The notes under the pieces are model-generated. The model was not told the DNA's origin and searched no databases. It saw only the letters and a program-made list of their open reading frames with translations. The translations under genes and the position numbers were made by a program. DNA of 64,000 nt from an uncultured delta proteobacterium (lineage in GTDB: Bacteria; Desulfobacterota; Binatia; HRBIN30; BPIQ01): positions 64,001 to 128,000 of the forward strand of contig CAVXGR010000005.1 of assembly GCA_963761335.1 (NCBI GenBank), written 5' to 3'. Position 1 is the first letter of the stretch. The number at the start of each line of letters is the position of its first letter. This document shows positions 10,276 to 19,505 of this stretch, piece by piece.

Positions 10276-10555
10276 GTTGAACCCGACTTCCCGAGGTTGC
10301 ATCTGTGGCCGGGAGCTCGGAGATCGTTCGCCCCGGAGGGGCGCGGGCGTGTAGCCCCGGGTCGCAGACCCGGGGATCCCGAAGTCGACGTCGGTTGGCG
10401 CCCCGCCAGGGGCGCGGGCGCGGTTTTGACACAGGCCTCTGCACCCGGGGTTGTACACCTGCGCCCCTGGCGGGGCGCATCGGGGAAGGCGGACCCGGAA
10501 TCCCCGGGTCTATGACCCGGGGCTACATGCCTGCGCCGCTTCGCGGCGCGATCCC
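10276..10555 (-). repeat. REP cluster (GTAG-CCCCGGG hairpins and CGCCCC-GGGGCG palindromes); includes the inverted copy of 7768-7937
   Basis: GTAGCCCCGGGTCGCAGACCCGGGG and CCCGGGGCTACATG motifs. Confidence 0.9.
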
Positions 10556-10568
10556 CCAGCCCAAGTTT

Positions 10569-10632
10569 GGTCGTGGGGGATTTGTTGGTGAAGTAATTTT
10601 GAAACGCGGTTGATCTCAAGATCCACCACTAC
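10569..10632 (+). repeat. Hairpin repeat GTxGTGGGGGAT...TGAAACGCGGT...TCCACCACxAC, copy 2
   Basis: Direct repeat of 10212-10261 with a longer internal segment. Confidence 0.6.
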
Positions 10633-10744
10633 TCTCCTTCGGAGAGGAGTGCGGGAGCACGGCTTGCGCACTCCATTGGGCGCGAAAATATCTCTTGAGG
10701 AGGCTCCGCGGGCTCTGCTAGGCTCCGCTTCTCCAAGTGGTCCT

Positions 10745-11749
10745 ATGGATAGGCCCGGACGTCTCTTGCAGGTCGCCGTTGGCGCGGCGGCGCTGCTGAT
10801 TCTGACTGGCGATGCCGGCGCCGCCGAGTCGCTGCAGACGGGAAGCGCCGGTGTGCTGCGGCTCGCCAGCGACGCCCCAGCTCCGGCCCCGAAGCCGCAC
10901 CATCGCGTCGTTTCCGGGGGCGTGGCGCGCTCGGACCGCACGCCGGATCAGCTCGGCGATGCGGAGGTCACGGCCATGTGGGCGCGCGGCCTGGCGCTGG
11001 AGCGGCGCAACGACTTTCTCGCCGCCAGCTCTGCCTGGGAGCCGATCACGGCGCGATATCCGCAGGAGTCGCATGCCTACTGGCGCATTGCCCGCAACTA
11101 CTTTCGCGCCGCGCAGGTGTTGCCGCCGGACCAGGCGGAGCGCCAGAAGAGCTTGTACCTGCTGGCCGAGCAGTGGGCGGATCGCGGCATCGCCGTCGAT
11201 CCGCGCTGCGGCGAGTGCTACCTGTACAAGCTGGCCGGGCTCGGCCGGCGCCTGGCCCTCGGCAACATGATCACCGCGGCACGGCACGCGTCGGAGATCG
11301 CCTCTCTGCTCGACCGCGCTCTCGAGCTGCGCCCCGCCTTTCGCGACAACGCCTGGAACAGCGAGCTCGGCAACGTCTACTACGCCGCCGCCGCCTTCTA
11401 CCGCATTCTCCCCGATTGGCGCTGGCTCTCCTGGGCCATCGGCGTGCGCGGCGACAAGCGCCGCGCCCTCGACTACATCCGCAAGGCCAATGAGATCTCC
11501 CGCGACCGGGTCGACTACCACGTCGCTCTCGGCGCCACGCTGCTCTGTGTCGGCCGCGACGAGGACGACCGGCGCCTGACGCAGGAAGGCGTCGACGTTC
11601 TCCGCAACGTTCGCGTGCTGCCCACCCACCTCGACACCGATGCCATCGACCGCCGCATCGCCGGCGAGCTGATCTCGCAGCCGGATCGCGCCTGCGGCTA
11701 CACCAGCCACGACTGGATCGACGTCGACAAGGAGCTGAAGGCCGGGTAA
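10745..11749 (+). CDS. Secreted TPR-like helical protein (TatT/RMDN-like)
   Basis: Signal peptide; TPR-like helices (AYWRIARNY, LDRALEL.P, ALDYIRKA). Confidence 0.75.
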   Translation: MDRPGRLLQVAVGAAALLILTGDAGAAESLQTGSAGVLRLASDAPAPAPKPHHRVVSGGVARSDRTPDQLGDAEVTAMWARGLALERRNDFLAASSAWEPITARYPQESHAYWRIARNYFRAAQVLPPDQAERQKSLYLLAEQWADRGIAVDPRCGECYLYKLAGLGRRLALGNMITAARHASEIASLLDRALELRPAFRDNAWNSELGNVYYAAAAFYRILPDWRWLSWAIGVRGDKRRALDYIRKANEISRDRVDYHVALGATLLCVGRDEDDRRLTQEGVDVLRNVRVLPTHLDTDAIDRRIAGELISQPDRACGYTSHDWIDVDKELKAG

Positions 11750-12313
11750 GTCGACCGAAGGGGACAGTGCGTCATGAGCCTTACGGCTCACCAATAGACG
11801 ATGAAAATGAGGCTGGGGATCTGCGCCGGCAAGAGACTTGGAGGTTCTCGCCCGGGCGAAGTTCGCCCCGGAGGGGCGGTGGCGTGTAGCCCCGGGTGAA
11901 ACCCGGGGAAAAATGCGCGCTCCGTCAGGCGCGCCCCGCCAGGGGCGTGGGCAAGTTTTGGTCGATGTCACGCCTGTACGCCGATGATCACCGCTGGGTG
12001 CGTGGGTAGCTCATCGACGTGATTCACGCGGCCTCTACGCCTGCGCCCCTCCGGGGCGCAGATCTGGGCCAATCGGAACGCGGTCCCCGGGTTAACACCC
12101 GGGGCTACATGCCTGCGCCCCTCCGGGGCGATACGCCTCCACGCCAAGCGCCGGGGCTGCGCCAGACCCTTCGGGGCGATAAGCCTCCATACCGAGCGCC
12201 GGTGCGCTCCGCCAGACCTTCACCCAACAGATTTTCGAAGCAGGCACCTTTTCGGCAGCGGACGCCGAAAGCATCAGTGAAGTGCCGTTGCGCCGAAAAG
12301 GAGCCAGTCTTCT
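11750..12313 (+). repeat. Nested composite repeat block (CATGAGCC..CGGCTCACC hairpin, GTAG REP pair, CCGAAAAGGAGCC hairpin); inverted copy at 17553-17966
   Basis: About 300 bp aligns by eye with the reverse complement of 17640-17966; this copy has an ~90-bp insert and an ~48-bp tandem duplication. Confidence 0.9.
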
Positions 12314-12395
12314 TGTGTGCAACCTACCGAGGCAAGGCTCGCGCTGCCGGCGCGCTTTGCGCTATGTCTCTTCCAATTTTCCCTGGAGGACTGCC

Positions 12396-13802
12396 GTGGA
12401 CGAGCTTATGAAGATGCCGCTGACCGATCTCGCCGAGCGCCTGGCGCGACGTCGGCTGTCGCCCGTCGAGCTGATGGAGGCGACCCTGCGCCGCATCGAC
12501 GAGACCAACGACCGTCTGAACGCCTTCGTGGCCAGGCGCGATGCAGCCGACCTGCTCGACGAGGCGCGGCGGGCGGAGGCGCGTCTCGGCCGCGGCGAAG
12601 GGCGGCCCCTCGAAGGTATTCCGCTGGGCGTCAAGGACCTCGAGGACGTGGCCGGCATGATTACCTCGCACGGCTCGCGCGCCTTTCGCGACAACCTTGC
12701 GGCGTGCGACTCGATCCAGGTGGGGCGTCTCAAGGCCGCCGGCACCATCGTCGTCGGCAAGATGAACACGCCGGAGTTCGGCGCCACGGCGATCACCAAG
12801 AACCCGCTCTTCGGCACGACGCGCAATCCGTGGGACCTGGAGCGCACTCCCGGCGGCTCGAGCGGCGGGGCCTCGGCGGCGATCTGCGGCGGCGTCGTTG
12901 CCATCGCCACCGCCGGCGACGGCGGCGGCTCGATCCGCATTCCCGCCTCGTTCACCGGCTGCTTCGGGCTCAAGACCAGCTACGGCCGCGTGCCGCGCGG
13001 CCCGGAGCCGCTGTGGATCACCGGCGACACGGCGGTGTGGGGACCGCTGACGCGCACGGTCGAGGACGCAGCTCTGCTTCTCGACCTCACCGCCGGGCCC
13101 CATCCGCTCGATCCGAAGTCGCTGCCGCCGGCGGGGCTCTCGTATCGCGACGAGCTGCGCCGTCTGCCGCGCCAGCTGCGTCTCGCCTTCTCGCCCGACC
13201 TCGGCTACGCCGTGGTGCAGCGCGACGTCGCCGCAGCGGTGGAGAGGGCGGCGCGCGCCTTCGAGGACCTCGGCTACCCCGTCGATGTCATTGCCGGCGG
13301 GCCGCCGGAGCTGGGGATCGACTGGGGAATGGTCGGGGCCTTCGAGCTCTACGGCGAGCTGGAGCCGCGCTTTGCGGAGCGCGAAGCCGATTTCGGCCGC
13401 GGGTTCATCCGGGCCATTCGCAACGGCAGCCACATGACGCCGGCGTTCTGGACGGCGGCGCGCCGTCGCCGCGGTGAGCTGAACGAGTGGTGCGCGGAGA
13501 TCTTCTCGCAATATGACCTGCTGCTGACGCCGACGGTTCCCTTCGATCCGCCGCCTGCGGGCGGTCCACTGCCGCGCGAGATCGAGGGTCGCCCCCAGCC
13601 GGCGGCCAACGTCGGCTCCTTCACCATTCCCTTCAATCTGTCGTGGCACCCCGCCGCCACCGTGCGCGCCGGTCTCTCCCCGGCCGGACTGCCGGTGGGC
13701 CTGCAGATCGTCGGCCCGCGCCATCGCGACGACCTCGTCCTGCAAGCCGCTTGGGCATACGAGCAGGCGCGTCCGTGGATGTCGGAGTGGCCGGCGCTGT
13801 GA
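12396..13802 (+). CDS. Amidase signature family protein (GatA-like)
   Basis: GIPLGVKD, TPGGSSGG and GDGGGSIRIPAS motifs; GTG start with GGAGGA RBS. Confidence 0.93.
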   Translation: MDELMKMPLTDLAERLARRRLSPVELMEATLRRIDETNDRLNAFVARRDAADLLDEARRAEARLGRGEGRPLEGIPLGVKDLEDVAGMITSHGSRAFRDNLAACDSIQVGRLKAAGTIVVGKMNTPEFGATAITKNPLFGTTRNPWDLERTPGGSSGGASAAICGGVVAIATAGDGGGSIRIPASFTGCFGLKTSYGRVPRGPEPLWITGDTAVWGPLTRTVEDAALLLDLTAGPHPLDPKSLPPAGLSYRDELRRLPRQLRLAFSPDLGYAVVQRDVAAAVERAARAFEDLGYPVDVIAGGPPELGIDWGMVGAFELYGELEPRFAEREADFGRGFIRAIRNGSHMTPAFWTAARRRRGELNEWCAEIFSQYDLLLTPTVPFDPPPAGGPLPREIEGRPQPAANVGSFTIPFNLSWHPAATVRAGLSPAGLPVGLQIVGPRHRDDLVLQAAWAYEQARPWMSEWPAL

Positions 13803-13813
13803 TGCGGTACGCG

Positions 13814-13885
13814 GGGGACAGGCAACTTTTGCGGACGAGATCGTTGCCATCGTAAGGCTTCGAGGAGCAAAAGTAGCCTGTCCCC
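13814..13885 (+). repeat. ~72-bp palindromic element GGGGACAGGCAACTTTTGC...GCAAAAGTAGCCTGTCCCC, copy 1
   Basis: Copies at 43231-43303 and 58301-58371. Confidence 0.9.
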
Positions 13886-13932
13886 GGCCTCCGGCCGTTT
13901 CGTTCTCGCCACGATCCGGGCAAGATCGTCGG

Positions 13933-16200
13933 ATGTTGTCGGTCGCACTGTTGGCAACGGGCCTGATCGCTGCCACCTCCCCAACCCCGCCCGCATCTCC
14001 CGCCTTCGTCGGCAGCGGCAGCTGCAAGCCCTGCCATGCGACGCAGTACGATTCCTGGCAGGGCTCCAATCACCAGCGGGCCATGCAGCCGGCGAATCGC
14101 CAGACGGTGCTCGGCGATTTCGGCGGCGTCCGCTTCACCCAGTTCGGCGTCACCTCGCGCTTCTATCGGAAGGACGGCAAGCTCTTCGTGCACACCGAGG
14201 GCGCCGACGGCAAGCTCGGTGACTTCGAGGTTGGCTACACCTTCGGCGTCGAGCCCCTGCAGCAGTACCTGATCCCGTTCCCGGGCGGCCGGCTGCAGAG
14301 CCTGACGATCGCCTGGGATACACGCCCCAGAGAGCAGGGCGGACAGCGCTGGTTCTCGCTGTACCCGGACGAGAAGATCCCTCGCGGCGATCCGCTGCAC
14401 TGGACCGGATCGAGCCAGAACTGGAACTACATGTGCGCCTTCTGCCATGCGACCAATCTGCAGAAGGGCTTCGATCCGCAGACGAATCGCTACGACACGA
14501 CCTGGTCGGAGCTCGGCGTCGGCTGCGAAGCCTGCCACGGCCCGGGATCAGCCCATGTCGCCTGGGCCCAGGCAAAGCCGGATGGGGGCGATGCGCAGCC
14601 CAACGCTTCCGGCGACGGTCTCGTCGTCCACCAGCCGCGGCGCGACCCCACCCGCTGGGTCATCGATCCGCAGACCGGCAATGCCCGCCCCCAGGCGCCA
14701 CGGCAGAGTCGCGTCGTTCTCGATACCTGCGCGCCGTGTCACTCGCGCCGCACCCTCATCGCCGCCGACCCGCGGCCGGGCCAGCCGCTGATGGACGCGT
14801 ACCTGCCGGCGCTCCTGACCGAAGGGGTGTACCGCGCCGACGGGCAGGTGGAAGCCGAGGACTACGAGTACGGTTCGTTCCTGCAGAGCCGCATGTATCG
14901 CGACGGGGTGACCTGCAGCGACTGCCACGAGCCGCACAGCCAGAAGCTGCGCGCCCCGGGCAACGCGGTGTGCGCGCGGTGCCATCTGGCGAGCAAGTAC
15001 GACGACCCGAAGCACCACTTCCATGCGCGCGGCTCGAAGGGCGCGAGCTGCGCCGGATGTCACATGCCGACGCGGACCTACATGATCGTCGACCCGCGGC
15101 ACGACCACAGCCTGCGCATCCCGCGGCCGGACCAGTCGGAGAGCCTCGGTGTCCCCAACGCCTGCAACGGCTGTCACGCGGATCGCGACGCCCGCTGGGC
15201 GCGCTCGAAGGTGCGCGAGTGGTACGGGCGCGATCCACGCGGCTACCAGACCTATGCGGGGGCGCTGCACGCCGGACGCGCCGGCGCCGCGGATGCGGAG
15301 TCGCAGCTCCGCGAGCTCGCCGGCGATACCGCGCAGCCGGGAATTGCCCGCGCCACGGCGCTCACGCTGCTGCGTGCCTACCTGACGCCGGCCAGCATCG
15401 GCGTCGTCCGCGCGGCGCTGGGAGACGGGGATCCGCTGGTCCGCCGCGCCGCCATCGATGCCCTGGAAGCCGTGCCGCCGCCGCCGCAGCGGCTGGCGAT
15501 GCTGGCGCCGTCGCTGGACGATCCGGTGCGCGGCGTGCGCATCGAAGCGGCGCGCCTGCTGGCGCCGCTGGCGACGAGCGCCGTGCCGGCCGAGCAGCGC
15601 GCCGCAATCGCCCGCGGCGTCGGCGAGTACGTCGAAGCGCAGCGTCTGAACGCCGACCGGCCCGAGGCGCGCGTCAGCCTGGGAGCCCTGTATGCGGAGG
15701 GCGGCCGGTACGCTGCCGCCGAAGCCGAGTACGAGAAGGGGATCGAGCTGGGGCCGTGGTTCACCCCCGCCTACGTCAACCTCGCCGATCTCTACCGCGT
15801 GCAGCAGCGCGACGGGGACGGGGAGCGCCTGCTGCGTCGAGGGCTGGCGCGCATGCCCGCCGACGCCGCCCTGCATCACGCTCTCGGCCTGCTGCTGGTG
15901 CGCGAGAAGAAGCTGCAAGCGGCTATTGACGAGCTCCGGCAGGCGGCGCGGCTGCGGCCCGAGGAGGCGCGTTACAGCTATGTTCTCGGCATCGCCCTCA
16001 ACTCGGCGGGCAATTCCGGGGAGGCGCTGGAGGTGCTGCGCGCGGCGCACGAGCGCCGCCCCGCCGACGTCGAGCTGCTGCGCGCCCTGGCGACGATCAG
16101 CCGCGATCACGGCGATACAGCGGAGGCGCAGAAATATGCGCGGGAGCTGGCGGCGCTCGCTCCGGATGACCCGGTCGCCCGCCAGCTCGGCGGCCGCTGA
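13933..16200 (+). CDS. Periplasmic octaheme cytochrome c with HEAT and TPR repeats
   Basis: Signal peptide; 8 CxxCH motifs (CKPCH, CAFCH, CEACH, CAPCH, CSDCH, CARCH, CAGCH, CNGCH); DPLVRRAA HEAT repeat; C-terminal TPRs. Confidence 0.92.
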   Translation: MLSVALLATGLIAATSPTPPASPAFVGSGSCKPCHATQYDSWQGSNHQRAMQPANRQTVLGDFGGVRFTQFGVTSRFYRKDGKLFVHTEGADGKLGDFEVGYTFGVEPLQQYLIPFPGGRLQSLTIAWDTRPREQGGQRWFSLYPDEKIPRGDPLHWTGSSQNWNYMCAFCHATNLQKGFDPQTNRYDTTWSELGVGCEACHGPGSAHVAWAQAKPDGGDAQPNASGDGLVVHQPRRDPTRWVIDPQTGNARPQAPRQSRVVLDTCAPCHSRRTLIAADPRPGQPLMDAYLPALLTEGVYRADGQVEAEDYEYGSFLQSRMYRDGVTCSDCHEPHSQKLRAPGNAVCARCHLASKYDDPKHHFHARGSKGASCAGCHMPTRTYMIVDPRHDHSLRIPRPDQSESLGVPNACNGCHADRDARWARSKVREWYGRDPRGYQTYAGALHAGRAGAADAESQLRELAGDTAQPGIARATALTLLRAYLTPASIGVVRAALGDGDPLVRRAAIDALEAVPPPPQRLAMLAPSLDDPVRGVRIEAARLLAPLATSAVPAEQRAAIARGVGEYVEAQRLNADRPEARVSLGALYAEGGRYAAAEAEYEKGIELGPWFTPAYVNLADLYRVQQRDGDGERLLRRGLARMPADAALHHALGLLLVREKKLQAAIDELRQAARLRPEEARYSYVLGIALNSAGNSGEALEVLRAAHERRPADVELLRALATISRDHGDTAEAQKYARELAALAPDDPVARQLGGR

Positions 16201-16371
16201 AGGCATCGCGGCGCCGGGAGCGCGGCCATCCTGGCCGCCTTGTCTTTTGACGATCAATTCCGGGACGGCCACGCTCCCGGGCTCGCTTCGCAAACCTTTC
16301 GACATCCAGCGAATCACCCTGGCGCCGGCACTTGGGCTTGCCTAGGCTCTGGCGCTCGAATCGGCACTCGC

Positions 16372-17553
16372 ATGCGCCAGCTCTCCTCGAATCTGCGGAA
16401 GATGTACGCCATCCGCTTTCTGTTCTGGATGCACTTCTTCGCTTCCGTCCTGATTCCCTTCTTCCGCGACTGGGGCGGCATCACCTACACACAGATCTTC
16501 CTGCTGAACGCCTGGTTCATGCTGTGGAACTTTCTTCTGGAGGTGCCGACCGGAACCGTCGCCGACTTCTTCGGGCGGCGCGTCTCTCTGCTGCTCGGCG
16601 GCGTGGTCGCTGCCGCGGGTGCCCTGGTGTACGCCAGCCGTCCGAGCTTCGCGGTCTTTCTCTGCGGCGAGGTTCTCTTTGCCACCTCCTTCACGCTGAT
16701 GTCGGGAGCGGACGAGGCGCTGGTCTATGACACGCTGCTGGCGCTGGGCACACAAGGCGAGTCGAAGCGGGTTTTTGCCCGCCTGGAATCGTTCAAGCTC
16801 GCCGGCGTCATCGCCGGGGCTCTCTCCGGCAGCTTCATCGCCACCGCCCTCGGCCTGCGGGCGCCCATGCTGCTGGAGGTCGTGCCGTTTCTGGGGACGG
16901 CACTGATCGCGGCGACTCTGGTCGAGCCCCCCGGCGGCGCCGGGGGCAAGGGCGCCGTTCCCTATCCGCGGCTGCTCCTCGCCGGCATTCGCACCTTCGG
17001 CGGGCATCGCATCCTGCGCCTGCTGGCGGCCGACATGATCGCCAGCTTGACGCTGGCGTGGCTGATCATCTGGACCTACCAGCCGATGCTGGAGCGCGCC
17101 GGGGTGGCACTCGTGTACTTCGGGCTCGTCCACGCGGCCATGTGCCTCGGACAGATCGCCATCCTCGGCAACATCGAGCGCATCGAGGTCCTGGTGGGCT
17201 CGCGCACGCGCTATCTCTTCCTGAGCGCTCTCCTGCCGGGGATTGCCTTTTTGGCACTGGGTCTCAGCAGCGCCTTGCCGGTGGTGATCGTCGCCGTGCT
17301 GGTCGCCGCTTCGTTCGGGCTGTCGCGGCCGCCGCTCTTCATCAGCTACATGAACAAGTACATCGAGTCGGAGAACCGCGCCACGGTGCTGTCGACGATC
17401 TCGATGATGCGCACCCTGTCGATCGCCGCGATCAATCCGATCGCCGGCGTGCTTGCCGACTGGTCGCTGCCCTCGACGATGCTGATCATCGGCTCGGTGG
17501 GGGTGGTGATCGCCATTGCCGTGCGCACCGAGGAGGCCCATCTCATCGATTGA
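16372..17553 (+). CDS. MFS transporter
   Basis: EVPTGTVADFFGRR motif A; about 12 hydrophobic segments. Confidence 0.9.
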   Translation: MRQLSSNLRKMYAIRFLFWMHFFASVLIPFFRDWGGITYTQIFLLNAWFMLWNFLLEVPTGTVADFFGRRVSLLLGGVVAAAGALVYASRPSFAVFLCGEVLFATSFTLMSGADEALVYDTLLALGTQGESKRVFARLESFKLAGVIAGALSGSFIATALGLRAPMLLEVVPFLGTALIAATLVEPPGGAGGKGAVPYPRLLLAGIRTFGGHRILRLLAADMIASLTLAWLIIWTYQPMLERAGVALVYFGLVHAAMCLGQIAILGNIERIEVLVGSRTRYLFLSALLPGIAFLALGLSSALPVVIVAVLVAASFGLSRPPLFISYMNKYIESENRATVLSTISMMRTLSIAAINPIAGVLADWSLPSTMLIIGSVGVVIAIAVRTEEAHLID

Positions 17554-17966
17554 GAAGGGGGCCGGCTCCTTTTCGGCGAAAGGCATGTCCCGGCCGAAAT
17601 CCGCTGCGCGGAAATATCATCGCAGGCGTCTGCAGCGCGCCATGAGCTTTGCGGCTCACCAAAGGTCTGGCGGCGCCCCGGCGCTTGGCGTGGAGCTTAT
17701 CGCCCCGGAGGGGCGCGGGCATGTAGCCCCGGGTGTCAACCCGGGGACTGCGTTCCGATTGGCCCAGATCCGCGCCCCGGAGGGGCGCGTATGACGGACC
17801 GCGCATTTTTCCCCGGGTTTCACCCGGGGCTACACGCCACCGCCCCTCCGGGGCGAACTTCGCGCAGGCGAGAACCTCCAAATCTTGCCAGGGCAGATTC
17901 CCAGCCTCATTTCATCGTCTGTTGGTGAGCCGTAAGGCTCATGATGCGGCTTCCCCCTTCGTTGAC
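17553..17966 (-). repeat. Nested composite repeat block, inverted relative to 11750-12313
   Basis: Two facing GTAG-CCCCGGG REPs bracketed by inverted CATGAGC...CGGCTCACC hairpins (17641 and ~17923-17943). Confidence 0.9.
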
Positions 17967-18015
17967 CCGGGGCGCGTTCGGCGGGTAGAACCGCTCTTTC
18001 CCGGAGGTGACGAAA

Positions 18016-18987
18016 ATGGCTCTCATCGGACTTCGCTACGACCTACGCGTGCCTCCGTTCAGCAAGGCGACGCATGAGGAGATGTACGCTGCCTGTCTCG
18101 ACCAGTGCGCCTGGGGGGACGAGCGCGGTATCGACCTCGTGGTGCTCTCCGAGCACCACGGCATCGACGACGGCTTCATGTCGGCGCCGGTGACCCTGGC
18201 GGCGGCGATCGCCGGGCGCACCAGGCGCATCCAGCTCAACATCGCCGCCATCCTCGTCCCCCTGCACGACCCGGTGCGTCTCGCCGAGCAGCTGGCGGCG
18301 GTGCAGCTGGTGAGCGGCGGCCGGCTCAGCCTGGTGGCCGGTCTCGGCTATCGCCAGGAGGAGTTCGAGATGGCCGGCGTCGAGCGCAAGCAGCGCGGCA
18401 AGCTGCTCGAGGAGTACGTCCAGGTGATGCGTCAGGCGTGGACGGGAGAGCCGTTCGAGTGGCGCGGGCGCACCATTCGCGTCACTCCGAAGCCGAGCTC
18501 GCCGCCGATCATGCTCATCGGCGGCTCGACGGAGATCGCGGCGCGGCGCGCCGCGCGGCTGCACGCCGGCTTCTTTCCGGCGATCCGCGACCAGCACCTG
18601 GCTGCCGTGTACAACGCCGAGTGCGAACGACTCGGCTTTCAAGGCGGCTTCGTCAGCATGCCGAACGGACCCGGCTTCGTGCACGTCTCCGAGGACCCGG
18701 AGCGCGACTGGGCGCGCATCGCTCCACACGCGCTCCACGAGGCGCAGACCTACCACTCGTGGCAGACCGCCGACCAGAGATCGCAGGTGCACGTCGAGGC
18801 GCAGAATGTGGACGAGCTGCGCAAGAGCGGCGTCTACCAGGTGCTCACCCCCGACGAGTGCGTGAAGCTGGCGGAGGATACCGGGCAGGTGATCCTCCAC
18901 CCGCTGATGGGGGGCATGCCCCCGGAGCTCGGCTGGGAGGGCCTGGAGCTGTTCGCCGCCAAGGTGCTGCCGCGCATCAAGCCGTGA
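18016..18987 (+). CDS. LLM-class (luciferase-like) flavin-dependent oxidoreductase
   Basis: LSEHH, PLHDPVRLAEQ and SGGRL..GLGYR.EEF motifs. Confidence 0.92.
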   Translation: MALIGLRYDLRVPPFSKATHEEMYAACLDQCAWGDERGIDLVVLSEHHGIDDGFMSAPVTLAAAIAGRTRRIQLNIAAILVPLHDPVRLAEQLAAVQLVSGGRLSLVAGLGYRQEEFEMAGVERKQRGKLLEEYVQVMRQAWTGEPFEWRGRTIRVTPKPSSPPIMLIGGSTEIAARRAARLHAGFFPAIRDQHLAAVYNAECERLGFQGGFVSMPNGPGFVHVSEDPERDWARIAPHALHEAQTYHSWQTADQRSQVHVEAQNVDELRKSGVYQVLTPDECVKLAEDTGQVILHPLMGGMPPELGWEGLELFAAKVLPRIKP

Positions 18988-19001
18988 TCGGGGAGGTTCC
19001 C

Positions 19002-19487
19002 ATGAGCGACTACAAGGATCTCGAACGGCGCCTGCGACGACTGGAAGACGTCGAGGCCATCAAGCAGCTCAAGTACCGCTACTGGCGGCATCTCGACCTC
19101 AAGGAATGGGAGGAGCTGGCGGAGTGCTTCGCCGAGGACGCCACCGTCGCCTACGGCGGTGGCAAGTACCGCTTCGAGGGGCGCGAGGCGATCATGCGCT
19201 TCCTGCGCGACTCGCTCTCCCGGGAGAGCGGCTCGGTGACCGTTCACCACGGCCATCATCCGGAGATCGAGATCACCGGCGAGGACAGCGCCCGCGGCAC
19301 GTGGGGCTTGTACAACTACATGTACAACGAGAAGCAGAACCGCGGCATCCGCATCGGCGCCTATTACCGCGACGACTACTCCCGCATCGGCGGCATCTGG
19401 AAGATCACCCACATCGGCTACCAGACCATCTTTCACGAGGAGTGGAAGCGCGACGAGATTCCCTCCCTGCGCCTGCTGGAGGGCTAG
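19002..19487 (+). CDS. SnoaL_4/NTF2-like protein (BaiE-like dehydratase)
   Basis: LEDVEAIKQLKYRY, TVHHGHHPEI and YRDDY..W.I motifs; GGAGG RBS. Confidence 0.88.
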   Translation: MSDYKDLERRLRRLEDVEAIKQLKYRYWRHLDLKEWEELAECFAEDATVAYGGGKYRFEGREAIMRFLRDSLSRESGSVTVHHGHHPEIEITGEDSARGTWGLYNYMYNEKQNRGIRIGAYYRDDYSRIGGIWKITHIGYQTIFHEEWKRDEIPSLRLLEG

Positions 19488-19505
19488 CGGAAACTCTGCT
19501 CACCG

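Noticed and set aside
12282..13802. gatA assignment for the amidase
   Set aside because: No gatB or gatC adjacent and only generic amidase-signature motifs.
7768..17966. Autonomous IS or composite transposon
   Set aside because: No transposase or integrase ORF and no target-site duplications identified; reported as repeats only.
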